Below are positions 1 to 9,956 of a stretch of DNA of 64,000 nucleotides, one piece after another (within the stretch, counting starts at the first letter, position 1; every line of letters starts with the position of its first letter). Position numbers and translations under genes: made by a program. The notes under the pieces are model-generated. The model worked only from the letters and a program-made list of their open reading frames with translations. It was not told the origin of the DNA and did no database searches. The DNA is from Fidelibacterota bacterium (lineage in GTDB: Bacteria > Fidelibacterota > Fidelibacteria > Fidelibacterales > DSDE01), in the NCBI GenBank assembly GCA_046735395.1, contig JBJKQR010000001.1:2610-66609 (forward strand), given 5' to 3'.

Positions 1-2
1 CC

Positions 3-908
3 ATCGGTATCGTAATTATCGTCATTATTACTCTGTTCAAGACAGCCCGGATCGTTCCTCAAAAAATGGCCTTCATCGTTGAACGGTTAGGTAAGTATTC
101 TTCGACCCTGGATGCCGGATTCCATATTCTCATACCATTCATGGATAATGTAGCTTACAAGCATACCTTGAAGGAAGTTGCCGTGGATGTGCCCGCGCAG
201 ACCTGTATTACAAAGGACAACATAGCTGTTGAAGTCGATGGCGTGCTGTACATGCAGGTGATGGATGCGAAAAAGGCCAGTTACGGAATCGAAGACTATA
301 TGTTTGCATCATCCCAGCTGGCGCAGACCACCATGCGGTCAGAGATCGGGAAGCTGGAACTGGATAAGACCTTTGAGGAAAGGGAAGCCATCAACGCGGC
401 CATCATATCCGCCGTGGACAAGGCATCGGATCCATGGGGCGTGAAGATTACGCGTTACGAAATAAAGAACATCACGCCACCGCAGAGCGTGACTGATGCT
501 CTCGAAAAACAGATGCGTGCGGAAAGGGAAAAACGAGCAGCCATTGCTGAATCCGAAGGTGAACGGCAGGCAAAAATCAATATTGCCGAAGGTGAAAAGC
601 AGCAGGCAATCGCCCTGTCGGAAGGGGAAAAACAAAAACGGATCAATGAAGCCGAAGGCCGGGCCAAGGAAATCGAGTTAGTCGCTGTCGCAACCGCCGA
701 GGGTCTGCGGAAAATTGCGGAATCGATTATTAAACCGGGCGGCAATGACGCCATGAACCTTCGGGTGGCTGAACAGTACATCAAGGAATTCGGAAATCTG
801 GCCAAGGAAACGAATACGGTCATCATTCCTTCCTCGCTGAGTGATGTGTCGGGTATGGTCGGTGCACTCACTACCCTGATCAAGGAGAGCGGGAAATCGA
901 AACACTAA
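3..908 (+). CDS. SPFH/band-7 (stomatin-like) membrane protein; 5' end runs off the window
   Basis: The track ORF is 66..908, but the same frame stays open back to base 3. It encodes a hydrophobic anchor (IGIVIIVIITLF..IVPQK) directly before FIVERLGKY, the usual start of an SPFH core. RSEIGKLELDKTFEEREAIN and an AEGE/EGEKQ-rich coiled-coil tail also fit the family. Confidence 0.85.
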   Translation: MGIVIIVIITLFKTARIVPQKMAFIVERLGKYSSTLDAGFHILIPFMDNVAYKHTLKEVAVDVPAQTCITKDNIAVEVDGVLYMQVMDAKKASYGIEDYMFASSQLAQTTMRSEIGKLELDKTFEEREAINAAIISAVDKASDPWGVKITRYEIKNITPPQSVTDALEKQMRAEREKRAAIAESEGERQAKINIAEGEKQQAIALSEGEKQKRINEAEGRAKEIELVAVATAEGLRKIAESIIKPGGNDAMNLRVAEQYIKEFGNLAKETNTVIIPSSLSDVSGMVGALTTLIKESGKSKH

Positions 909-946
909 TTCCTGTTTTCTTCATTCGGCGGAAACAGTTTCATAAA

Positions 947-970
947 AGCCCGGTAAAATCCGGGCTTTCT
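947..970 (+). terminator. Rho-independent terminator after the SPFH gene
   Basis: Hairpin agcccgg-taaaat-ccgggct (7-bp stem) followed by tttct, 39 nt after the stop codon. Confidence 0.6.
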
Positions 971-1144
971 ATTTAGGTGCACGATCGATTATCGGCAAAA
1001 AAACATTTCGGAAGGATTCACTCATGCCTGATATTATCCTGCTGGATCAGGCATCCCGAATGAGTGGGTTAATCAGGAGTACGGACACCATGGAAGAATG
1101 CATCTGGGTATTTTGAATTCCAATTAAAAGAGTGAGGGAAAGGC

Positions 1145-1753
1145 ATGAAAAATATTGTATTCAAACGGGATAGTCAGACGCTTCGGGCCATCTTTGTCGA
1201 GGTGTTTTCGATTGTCTTAGGTATTATCCTTGCGCTCGCTGTGAATGACTGGGCTGAAAGCCGGCAGATGCGGCTTCGCCTGAATGATGCCCTGGTCAAT
1301 GTGAAGGAGGAGATCAATACGAATCTCAGGACTCTGGAGCACATTCATGCGAACAACAGCCGTACCGTCACAATGATGTTTTCGGAAGACGGTGAAACGG
1401 ATACGACCGAGGGAAGCATCGTACCGGGAATTATTCTACAGAATACAGCCTGGGAATTATTGAGAGCCAGCGGAGTCAATCCTTTCTTGAATTATTCCCT
1501 TCTCATGAAATTATCCGAACTTTATGAACTGCAGGATACCTATGTCTATATGGGAGAACAGCTCATCAATTCCACAAATTCAGGTCTGGTCCTGTCCCTG
1601 ATCGGAGACAGGAGGATTGAGCAGGATCAGATACTCCGAAAACTGGAAAGCCTGCTGCAGATGATGATAAAAATAGAAGACGGTTTACTTGCAGAGTATC
1701 ATGAAACAGATTCCCTGCTCACGGACTATGGCCATGCTGCTTCAGAAAAGTGA
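1145..1753 (+). CDS. Membrane-anchored hypothetical protein (DUF6090-like); paralogue of 19747..20349
   Basis: One N-terminal TM helix (IFVEVFSIVLGIILALAVNDW) is followed by a helical domain. Size and layout match the ORF at 19747, including a (T/A)(A/G)WE(L/F) landmark about 100 aa in. The family name is recalled from the N-terminal signature and is not verified. Confidence 0.6.
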   Translation: MKNIVFKRDSQTLRAIFVEVFSIVLGIILALAVNDWAESRQMRLRLNDALVNVKEEINTNLRTLEHIHANNSRTVTMMFSEDGETDTTEGSIVPGIILQNTAWELLRASGVNPFLNYSLLMKLSELYELQDTYVYMGEQLINSTNSGLVLSLIGDRRIEQDQILRKLESLLQMMIKIEDGLLAEYHETDSLLTDYGHAASEK

Positions 1754-1807
1754 GATGAAATGAGCCGGGTAGCCCGGATATCGCTAACCTAATAAAAAAG
1801 GTGGAAA

Positions 1808-3148
1808 ATGACACCAAAGCACAACGAATTTCATTTATTACTCCTGGTGATCTTCAGTTCTGTTCTCCTTCTTAATTCTTGTATCAGTATTGGCGGAGCG
1901 GATCCGACGATCTATCGCATCGTTATCCCGGACAGCACTGTCGAGGTCATCCCGGACTCGCAGGATTCGCAGGATTTCTGGCCGGAAATGCGAAAGCTCC
2001 ATACTCAGATAAACCAGACGCAGGGAGATGATCCGGAAATGGCTGAATTTGCAGCAGCCCTGCAAAATATAATGGAGGGATCTCCCGAAAAAGCCGTTGA
2101 AGCGCTGGAATCACTGGTGAAGGAGAGCGGGAATGAGGCTATGGTCAGGCATGCCGGGGAACTTCTCTCCGGTATCTATATGCAGTCCTATGACTGGGAG
2201 TCATTGATTCGCCTTGATGCTGCTCTTCCGGACGGGCTGGACACCTTAAATACCATTTCAATGGTAAAAGCCTGGCAGACCTGTCCGAAGGAGATCATTC
2301 ATTATCCGGACACGGCTCTGACCCTGCCCATTGAATTGTCGGTCTCCGGGGTGCCCATGGTCAGTGTGACCGTGAACGGCGTGCCGCGAAGCTTCTGGAT
2401 TGATACCGGTGCTGAATTCACCGTCCTGTCTTCCGATTTTGCCAAAAAGTGCGGAGTGGCAGTCCTCGAGGGAACTGACGCCCGGGTGGGCACCTCCACG
2501 GATGATGTCATTGATCTCCGGGCTGCTTCCGTCAAAAGACTGGAAATCGGAGATCTGACCATCGAAAACCACCCCGTGTTCATTATTCCCAGACAAAATC
2601 TGGAAGTGAGGCTCCTGAAACTATTCAGAATTTTGAAAATTGACGGCATCATCGGGTGGAATGCCATTCAGAAGATTTCAATGGAGATAAATTATTCCGG
2701 AAAAACGATACAACTCAGCAAACCGTCGTCCACCGGAGAGGTGAGAGACAGAAATTTCCATTTTATCACCCAGCCTTTTGTGATGGTCAGGGATACGACG
2801 GGTATTCCGCTTTACTTTTTCCTTGATACGGGAGCCAATTCCACCGCGCTGTATCCGCCGGCCTACACTGCCTTTGACACGACTGGAGTCGAAAAGAAGC
2901 ATGCGCATATCGGCGGAGCCGGAGGATTTCAAACCGTTGACCAATACAGATTTAGGAAACAAAGCCTCGTTCTCGGATCAACCCGGATTGACTTTCCCAG
3001 TCTGAGCGGACAACCCATGCTCGGTGATCCGACGGAAGGGTTTATTGATTATGACGGTATTCTGGGTTCCGATATCGCGAAAAAGGGCCGCCTCATTCTG
3101 GACTTTCAGAATGGCCGCTGTGAATTGCTTCCCAATAATGATAAATAA
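1808..3148 (+). CDS. Secreted/lipoprotein retropepsin-like aspartyl protease with two catalytic lobes
   Basis: Signal peptide with lipobox-like LLLNSC. Two D-T-G-A active-site motifs (FWIDTGAEFTVL, FFLDTGANSTAL) are each followed about 80 aa later by a DGI(I/L)G motif (IDGIIGWNAI, YDGILGSDIA). Confidence 0.8.
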   Translation: MTPKHNEFHLLLLVIFSSVLLLNSCISIGGADPTIYRIVIPDSTVEVIPDSQDSQDFWPEMRKLHTQINQTQGDDPEMAEFAAALQNIMEGSPEKAVEALESLVKESGNEAMVRHAGELLSGIYMQSYDWESLIRLDAALPDGLDTLNTISMVKAWQTCPKEIIHYPDTALTLPIELSVSGVPMVSVTVNGVPRSFWIDTGAEFTVLSSDFAKKCGVAVLEGTDARVGTSTDDVIDLRAASVKRLEIGDLTIENHPVFIIPRQNLEVRLLKLFRILKIDGIIGWNAIQKISMEINYSGKTIQLSKPSSTGEVRDRNFHFITQPFVMVRDTTGIPLYFFLDTGANSTALYPPAYTAFDTTGVEKKHAHIGGAGGFQTVDQYRFRKQSLVLGSTRIDFPSLSGQPMLGDPTEGFIDYDGILGSDIAKKGRLILDFQNGRCELLPNNDK

Positions 3149-3279
3149 CCGGTTTTCTGTAAGGTTATTGAAATAATACATTTCTGGTTGAGACAGATCC
3201 GAGCTTTGCAGATCCGTATTTTCTGCCAGGCCAGATTTTTCTTAAATTTCGGGATGGAAGCTGCTAAATTTATTCTCGG

Positions 3280-6200
3280 GTGATGAAAGAAAGGAATATG
3301 AGAGGAATGACAGGAAAGGGTGAAGCGGCCAGGGCTTTTGGCGTCCTGCTTCTAACGCTTCTTGGCTTTTCATATCTCTCTGCTCAGCCGGCCCGGCCGG
3401 ATTTCGATCCGGATCATATTTACGTGAAGGTGAAGGATCTGTCAGGCCTACAGTCAAAAGGCAATTCACCGGTATCTGCTCAGGATCACATTTCGGAAAT
3501 TATGAATTATCAGGACATAAAAATGTATAGGGCATTCAAAATAAAGGACTCGAACAGCAAATCTGCCCCTGCGAATTCCCTGAACAGGATCTACAGAGTC
3601 GAGATTCCCCTGAGTATTTCCATGGATTCCCTTCTGCAGAGTTTGAACAGGGAGCCTGATATTGAATATGCGGAACGGATTCCCCTTTATTATCCGGCCT
3701 GGGTACCGAATGACAGTTTGTATGGCTATCAGGATTATCTGAGACAGATCGGAGCGGAGGAGGCCTGGGATACCTATAACTACAAGGAAAGAGATTCGGA
3801 TGTGCTTATCGGCGTGGTCGACGGTGGCTTTTACTGGCATCATCCCGATCTTCTGGACAATGTGTGGAATAATCTGGGTGAGGATGCGGACGGCGACGGA
3901 CACTGCATTGAAATCATTGACGGAGTCCCCGTTTTTGATCCGGGTGATGTGAATGGTGTTGATGATGACGGAAACGGTTATATTGATGATTTCATCGGAT
4001 GGGATTTCGTATCGGAAATTGAAGGCCAGTCCGGTGATAATGATCCCTATGAGAAACGGTATCTGAGCCACGGAACCCATGTGGCCGGCCTGGCGGCAGC
4101 GAGACATAATAATGGGATCGGTATCGCGTCCCTTTCCTGGAATCCGAAAATCATCTTATCTGCCCATGGTTTACCTGATGGTAATGTGAGCGTTAATCCC
4201 TTTGCGGGGATTATCTACTGCGCGGAACAGGGGGCAGATATCATCAACTGCAGTTTCGGAAATCACGGCTTCTGGTCGGAAGCCGACAAGGAGGCGATTG
4301 ATTATGCCATTTCCCTGGGAAGTCTCATTATTGCCGCCGCGGGGAATTACGACGAAGGTGATGCGTTCCCTTTTTATCCTGCGGCCTATCCGGGTGTGAT
4401 TGCGGTGGCCTCTGTTGACGGGCAGGACCGGAAAACGGATTATTCCAATTACGGGATGTATATTGATGTCTGCACGCCCGGTGGGAATCACGACCCGGGC
4501 ATCCTCAGCCTGGAGCCCTTCACGCCCACTGCAACCTTCAGGGGCTATGAATACGGAAACGGCACTTCCATGGCTTCTCCCATCACAGTTTCTCTGGCAG
4601 CATTGATCAAAGCGCAGAATCCGGACTGGATCCGTGAACAGGTCGGGAAGCAGCTCCTGTTTTCCTGCGATGATATTTCGTCCTTCAATCCTGCTTACCC
4701 GGGAAAACTGGGCATGGGGCGAATCAATGCGGGGAAGGCGCTGTCACAGCAGTATACCGGGAATCCGGAGCCGCTGCGGCTGAAAGTAAAGCATCTCATC
4801 GTTCCCTACCGAAAAGTGTTGACCGGGCCCAGGCCCAGGCCGGGCAGATTCAGCACCACAGCTCCTTCCGACCTTGTTCTGAATCCGGGGGATACGCTGG
4901 ATTTCGGATTTTCCTTCCGGAATTTTTCCCATTTTTCCCAGGATTCGGGTACACAATTCGTGTTAAGCTGTGATAACCCGGATATCACACTCCTCAGAAA
5001 TTCCGTTATTGACAGTATTCATGTTGATAGTGAACAGGAGATTGACAGCTGTTTCACAATTGCTGTAAATAAGGATGCAGTCGATAATTCGAGCCTGTTT
5101 CACATTGAAATTATTCCGGGAGATAAGTCCCTGTCCGTCATTCAGCAGATGGATTGTCCCTTCCGGATTTCCAGGTTAAAATTCATTCATGACGAAAATG
5201 TGTTCCTGACCAGATGTATCAATACGTGGGATTTGGGTAAGAGTTTTTATCTCAGCAATTTTTCCGGATGCGATGTTGTTCTGCAGGCAGATGTATCTGA
5301 AACGGAAAGGCCTCTGTTCAGAATCATTGCAGAGAAAGGGGGAAACAGCACCTGGTCCTTTTCCAATTCCTACAGCTCGAGGCCGGATGATTCAACCTTT
5401 CAGACGGTTGAATTTGCCATACCACCCCTGAATCAGACACAGCATCCCATTCTGACTTTTAACGCAAAATGGGAATTGGGAAGCAGCGGAGACCGGGTAT
5501 CGGGAGTCAATCTGAATCTGGATGACGGGAAGGGGCAGTATTCAATCCTTACTCCGGACAGCTCTGTGTATAACACGGAAAATGCCACGGCTTTCAACCT
5601 GTTTGGGCGGTCGGACCCGGTTGCGGCCTGGACCGGGAGCAGTGATGGCTGGAAGCACATCTCCATGGATTTATCCGGAATCACAACGTCTGATAACGCG
5701 GAGTCAGGGCTTCAGTTTCAGTATGCGGCAGCCCCGGACTGTCCGGATTCCTACTTCCTCATCGACAATATTCTGGTGACGGATGGCCCGGACACACTCT
5801 TTTTCAATGATGCCGGACCGGATATGTATCTGCACGTGACCGGTACAAATAAGCTGAACGCGACCGGAACGGATCTGGTTGCGGGCGGCCTTGATACGGA
5901 GCAGCTCCTTTCACCGGGCCTCAGCAGACTGACGATAAAATCATTGGTGCAGTATCCTGCTCCGGCGCCCGGGTATTATCAGGGCTTCATCAATATCCGG
6001 GATACATCCGGTGTCCTTTTTTCGGTGGTGGACTGGTATCTGGAAGTGAAGGATTCACTGATTATTACGAAACTGGAACCTGAACCGGATCTGGCTCAAC
6101 GTTTTACTCTGGAACAGAATTATCCCAATCCCTTCAATCCGGTGACACATATCGCCTACACGCTGCCCCGCAGCAGCAGGGTGGAAGTGAATATCTACAA

Positions 6201-6375
6201 TATCCTCGGGCAGAAGGTCATGTCATGGAAGCCCGGACGGCAGAATGCCGGGCAGTACACGTTTACCTGGGCCGGCGTCAATAGTGCGGGCCGACAGGTC
6301 TCCTCAGGAATCTATCTCTACGAAGTGAAGGGGGAGGGCTTTTCGGCCCGGAAGAAGATGCTGTATCTGAAATAG
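3280..6375 (+). CDS. Subtilisin-like serine protease (peptidase S8) with T9SS C-terminal sorting domain
   Basis: Catalytic motifs occur in D-H-S order: IGVVDGG, SHGTHVAGLAA, GNGTSMASP. There is an Asp/Gly-rich insert (DADGDGH...DDDGNGYIDD) and a signal peptide. The C-terminus is LEQNYPNPFNPVTHIAY...GIYLYEV...KKMLYLK. Confidence 0.9.
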   Translation: MMKERNMRGMTGKGEAARAFGVLLLTLLGFSYLSAQPARPDFDPDHIYVKVKDLSGLQSKGNSPVSAQDHISEIMNYQDIKMYRAFKIKDSNSKSAPANSLNRIYRVEIPLSISMDSLLQSLNREPDIEYAERIPLYYPAWVPNDSLYGYQDYLRQIGAEEAWDTYNYKERDSDVLIGVVDGGFYWHHPDLLDNVWNNLGEDADGDGHCIEIIDGVPVFDPGDVNGVDDDGNGYIDDFIGWDFVSEIEGQSGDNDPYEKRYLSHGTHVAGLAAARHNNGIGIASLSWNPKIILSAHGLPDGNVSVNPFAGIIYCAEQGADIINCSFGNHGFWSEADKEAIDYAISLGSLIIAAAGNYDEGDAFPFYPAAYPGVIAVASVDGQDRKTDYSNYGMYIDVCTPGGNHDPGILSLEPFTPTATFRGYEYGNGTSMASPITVSLAALIKAQNPDWIREQVGKQLLFSCDDISSFNPAYPGKLGMGRINAGKALSQQYTGNPEPLRLKVKHLIVPYRKVLTGPRPRPGRFSTTAPSDLVLNPGDTLDFGFSFRNFSHFSQDSGTQFVLSCDNPDITLLRNSVIDSIHVDSEQEIDSCFTIAVNKDAVDNSSLFHIEIIPGDKSLSVIQQMDCPFRISRLKFIHDENVFLTRCINTWDLGKSFYLSNFSGCDVVLQADVSETERPLFRIIAEKGGNSTWSFSNSYSSRPDDSTFQTVEFAIPPLNQTQHPILTFNAKWELGSSGDRVSGVNLNLDDGKGQYSILTPDSSVYNTENATAFNLFGRSDPVAAWTGSSDGWKHISMDLSGITTSDNAESGLQFQYAAAPDCPDSYFLIDNILVTDGPDTLFFNDAGPDMYLHVTGTNKLNATGTDLVAGGLDTEQLLSPGLSRLTIKSLVQYPAPAPGYYQGFINIRDTSGVLFSVVDWYLEVKDSLIITKLEPEPDLAQRFTLEQNYPNPFNPVTHIAYTLPRSSRVEVNIYNILGQKVMSWKPGRQNAGQYTFTWAGVNSAGRQVSSGIYLYEVKGEGFSARKKMLYLK

Positions 6376-6670
6376 AATAATGAGTGCTCATCAAATTTGG
6401 GACCTGGTAATTCCCATAAAAATGGGACAGCCCTGAATAATGGGCTGGCAGATTGAGACCGGATCAGCTCCTGTTTCATTTATGTAATTGTAAAAAATCA
6501 GTTACGAAAAACCTAAATTTTATGTATTATTATCCGCTTTGAAATGTGCACTGTATCTGCAGTCTGACCTGCTCTTTTCCATGCTGAAGAGAATGTAAGG
6601 GCTGAATACGAATACAACAGGGAAAGACGAATTGAAATTTTATAAGAAATAAAGTATCAACGGAGGATCA

Positions 6671-7369
6671 ATGACAAAACGGGCATTAAAATACATACTG
6701 ATGATCATCATTGTGGGACTGCCTCTGACTGAATGCTCAACCGATAGTCCGGTGGATCCGGATGAGAAATTTGCGGTGGAAAGCATGTCTGATATCGACG
6801 GGAATGTTTACAGGACAGTCCGGATCGGCACACAACGGTGGATGGCGGAAAATCTGAGAGTGACGCATTACAGGGATGGAACAGCTATTCTGAAAGTGAC
6901 GGATAATCTGCAGTATGTAGGACTGACTTCAGGAATGTACAGATATTACAATAATGATTCCCTTATGGCCGAGCAAAGTGGAGCTCTGTATAACTGGGAC
7001 GCGGTAAACAGTTCTCATATCCTGGCACCGGAAGGCTGGCATGTCCCTACAGTTGAGGAATGGTACGAATTGACGGAATTTCTGGGCGGTTCAACCCGCG
7101 CAGGGACTAAACTGAAAAGCGGGACTGGCTGGGTAAAGAATGGAAACGGGACAGATGAGGTGGGATTTGACGGAATTCCGACGGGTCTCTGGTATCCTTA
7201 CAGTATATGTTCAGGCTTAGACAGCACTGCTTATTTCTGGACTTCATCGGAATATAATTCAACCCAAGCCTGGTCACGTGGATTATTGCACTATTACAGC
7301 GGCCTGACCCGGAATTATATGACAAAAATGCACGCACTTTCGGTTCGCTGTGTCCGGGATGAGAATTGA
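6671..7369 (+). CDS. FISUMP-domain lipoprotein (Fibrobacter succinogenes major paralogous domain family)
   Basis: Lipobox LPLTEC. The series GTQRWMAENLRVTHYRDG ... GALYNWDAV ... APEGWHVPTVEEWYEL ... FWTSSE ... LSVRCVRD follows the TIGR02145-type pattern as I recall it. Confidence 0.75.
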   Translation: MTKRALKYILMIIIVGLPLTECSTDSPVDPDEKFAVESMSDIDGNVYRTVRIGTQRWMAENLRVTHYRDGTAILKVTDNLQYVGLTSGMYRYYNNDSLMAEQSGALYNWDAVNSSHILAPEGWHVPTVEEWYELTEFLGGSTRAGTKLKSGTGWVKNGNGTDEVGFDGIPTGLWYPYSICSGLDSTAYFWTSSEYNSTQAWSRGLLHYYSGLTRNYMTKMHALSVRCVRDEN

Positions 7370-7646
7370 TGATACGAATCCGGGCAATGTCGTATGAGAC
7401 CGGTCCGGGCATTCGAATATGATATATTTACCATTATTGAGTTAAAACAGACACTATCACACCCGGTGGTATGACGGCAGTGTTCTGTTGTTCGCGGGGA
7501 ATACCAGGAACGTCCGATTCCGGACCAGACGTTTTTCCCGTATTCAGAACTGAATCTTTTGTCTGATTTTTGAGTTGAATTCAAGTACAGAAACACCTAA
7601 ACTCCCAATCCGACGGAGACGCAGGGCTTAAAGATCAGGGAGGAAC

Positions 7647-9956
7647 ATGCCGGCGATATACCACCAACTCCAGCACTATCTGGTTTATTTGTCCGCAGCC
7701 ATGGTGCTGGCCGTGTGCTGGCTGATTTACCGTTCCTACCAACGTCTGGATTACAATCGCATATCGCTCAGCCTCCGGGATATCCTGCCTCAGGCTCTGC
7801 TGGTTCTGCTTGCCTTCATCTCTCTGGAAATGAAATCCCTTCTCATCGATCCCCTTGCAGAACCCCGTTTTCCCTGGTTCATCCGTACCGTATTTGAATA
7901 CAGCATTTTTTTCCTGATCCCGGAAATACTTCTTCTGGCCGCTCTGGGCTATTCGCTCGCGCTCTGGAAGAAAATCCGGGACATTGACCGGAAACAGAAG
8001 GAATTTGAGGACAGGCCCAACCACCATTTCCCGGTTCAGCGGAAAACGCTGAAAGATCTGGAAGACCAGTTCCCCCGGCTCTACAATCTTATTCCGCAGC
8101 GTATGTATCTGAAGGATATGAAGGGTGTGTACCGCAGCGTGAACGCGGCGTTTGCGGCAAGTCTGAAAAAGACTCCCGAAGAAATCATTGGCAGGAATGA
8201 CCATGATTTGTTCGCTGACAGTCTGGCCCGGGCCACCTATATCGAAGATATGCTGGTTATCCGCAGGGTGGAGGACCTGAACGGTGTGGCCAGAGACGCG
8301 GCTGCGCCGAAGGGAATAAAATATACAAAAATGCCGGTCTATGATGACGACCACACGGTAAGCGGTGTGCTGGCCATTTTCTGGGACACCTGGGATCCGA
8401 AGGAAACGGAGAAGCAGCTCAGGGATTCACAGATCCGCTACAGTGCCCTCGCCGATTACACCTATGACTGGGAATACTGGCAGGACCAGAACGGACAGTA
8501 TCAGTATATTTCGCCGGCCTGTGAACGCATCAGCGGCTACAGTGCTGCCGAGCTCATGGAAAACCCCGAACTGATCTATGAAATGATTCTCCCGCGCTTC
8601 AGGGATAAGCTTCGGGAACACGCCCGCAATGTCAATTTTTCCCATCTTCCGGATGATACACACGAGGCTTTTGAATATCAGATACAATGCCGTGACGGGC
8701 AGCGGAAATGGCTGGATCACCGCTGTTCTCCCGTATTTTCAGACACGGGCGTCTTTCTGGGACGACGCGGTGTAAACCGGGATATCACCATCAAGCAGGC
8801 TGCCATCGATGAAATGAATAAACTCTCGGCGGCGGTGGAGCAGAGTCCGGTTTCGGTGGTGATTACCGATATTGAGGGAAATATCGAATATGTCAATCCC
8901 CGTTTCTGCCAGATTACCGGATATTCTGCGGAAGTGATCATCGGCCGGAATTCACGCATTCTGAACAGTGGATATCACAGTTCTGAATTTTACCGGGAAC
9001 TGTGGGCTACGATAAATAGCGGAAAAAACTGGACGGGCGAATTCCGGAACCGGAAAAAGAACGGAGACCTGTTCTGGGAGGATGCCAGTATCGGCCCCAT
9101 CATGAATAACGAGGGCGAGATCAGCCGCTTCGTGGCTCTGAAGATGGATATCACACGTCAGAAAACCCTTCTTGACAAGGAAAGCATGCTGCAGAACCAG
9201 CTGATACAGAATAACAAGCTGGCGTCACTCGGTGTGCTCTCGGCCGGGCTGGCCCACGAGATCAATAATCCCAATAATTATATCATGTACAATTCGGAGC
9301 TGGTCAAGTCCATGATCAACGAGTTTGTGGAAACGCGGAAAGACTGTCAGTTCCCCAAGCGTGACCTGGAGGTGATCAATACGCTGCTGAATGCCATCAG
9401 TGACGGTACGGCTCGAATCAACCGCATTATCGAAAGCCTGAAGAGTTTTTCGAGACAGGGCGAGACGGACGATCTGATGCTGGATATTGTGCAGGTCAAC
9501 CATCTGGTGGAAGTCGTGCTCACTATGATGAATTATCATATCAAGAAAATGACCGATAATTTCGAATTTGTAGCCGGGCCGGAGATTCCCACCGGCTACT
9601 GGGATGCGCAGAAGATCGAGCAGGTTCTGCTGAATCTCATTGAAAATGCGCTGGAAGCCCTGCCTGACCGGAAGAAGGCCATACAGGTCATTACCGATTA
9701 CCGCGCAGCGGATGAAACCGTATGCATCACCGTCCGGGATGAAGGCATCGGTATTCAGCCGGATATTATCCAGAATATTTTCGAACCCTTCTTCTCAACC
9801 CGGAAAAGCAGCGGCGGTACCGGCCTGGGGCTGTCCATATCCTATGCCATTATCCGTGAACATCAGGGGGATATCCTGGTTCACAGCGAGCCGGGCAAAG
9901 GGACGAAATTTGAAGTGCTTTTACCTCTGAATAAAGCGAAAGTCATAACACCATGA
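7647..9956 (+). CDS. Sensor histidine kinase (multi-TM N-terminus, PAS domains, HisKA/HATPase)
   Basis: Hydrophobic N-terminal helices and PAS-like blocks. H-box GLAHEINNPNNYI, N-box LLNLIENALEAL, G-boxes DEGIGI and GGTGLGLSI. The stop overlaps the next start (ATGA at 9953..9956). Confidence 0.9.
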   Translation: MPAIYHQLQHYLVYLSAAMVLAVCWLIYRSYQRLDYNRISLSLRDILPQALLVLLAFISLEMKSLLIDPLAEPRFPWFIRTVFEYSIFFLIPEILLLAALGYSLALWKKIRDIDRKQKEFEDRPNHHFPVQRKTLKDLEDQFPRLYNLIPQRMYLKDMKGVYRSVNAAFAASLKKTPEEIIGRNDHDLFADSLARATYIEDMLVIRRVEDLNGVARDAAAPKGIKYTKMPVYDDDHTVSGVLAIFWDTWDPKETEKQLRDSQIRYSALADYTYDWEYWQDQNGQYQYISPACERISGYSAAELMENPELIYEMILPRFRDKLREHARNVNFSHLPDDTHEAFEYQIQCRDGQRKWLDHRCSPVFSDTGVFLGRRGVNRDITIKQAAIDEMNKLSAAVEQSPVSVVITDIEGNIEYVNPRFCQITGYSAEVIIGRNSRILNSGYHSSEFYRELWATINSGKNWTGEFRNRKKNGDLFWEDASIGPIMNNEGEISRFVALKMDITRQKTLLDKESMLQNQLIQNNKLASLGVLSAGLAHEINNPNNYIMYNSELVKSMINEFVETRKDCQFPKRDLEVINTLLNAISDGTARINRIIESLKSFSRQGETDDLMLDIVQVNHLVEVVLTMMNYHIKKMTDNFEFVAGPEIPTGYWDAQKIEQVLLNLIENALEALPDRKKAIQVITDYRAADETVCITVRDEGIGIQPDIIQNIFEPFFSTRKSSGGTGLGLSISYAIIREHQGDILVHSEPGKGTKFEVLLPLNKAKVITP

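Noticed and set aside
1024-1116. A 30-codon ORF (MPDIILLDQASRMSG...) that resembles a receiver-domain fragment, together with a 9-bp inverted repeat (atgcctgat...atcaggcat, 1024..1054).
   Set aside because: It is too short and the similarity is limited to PDIILLD. It could be a gene fragment or chance, and it is not supportable as a feature.
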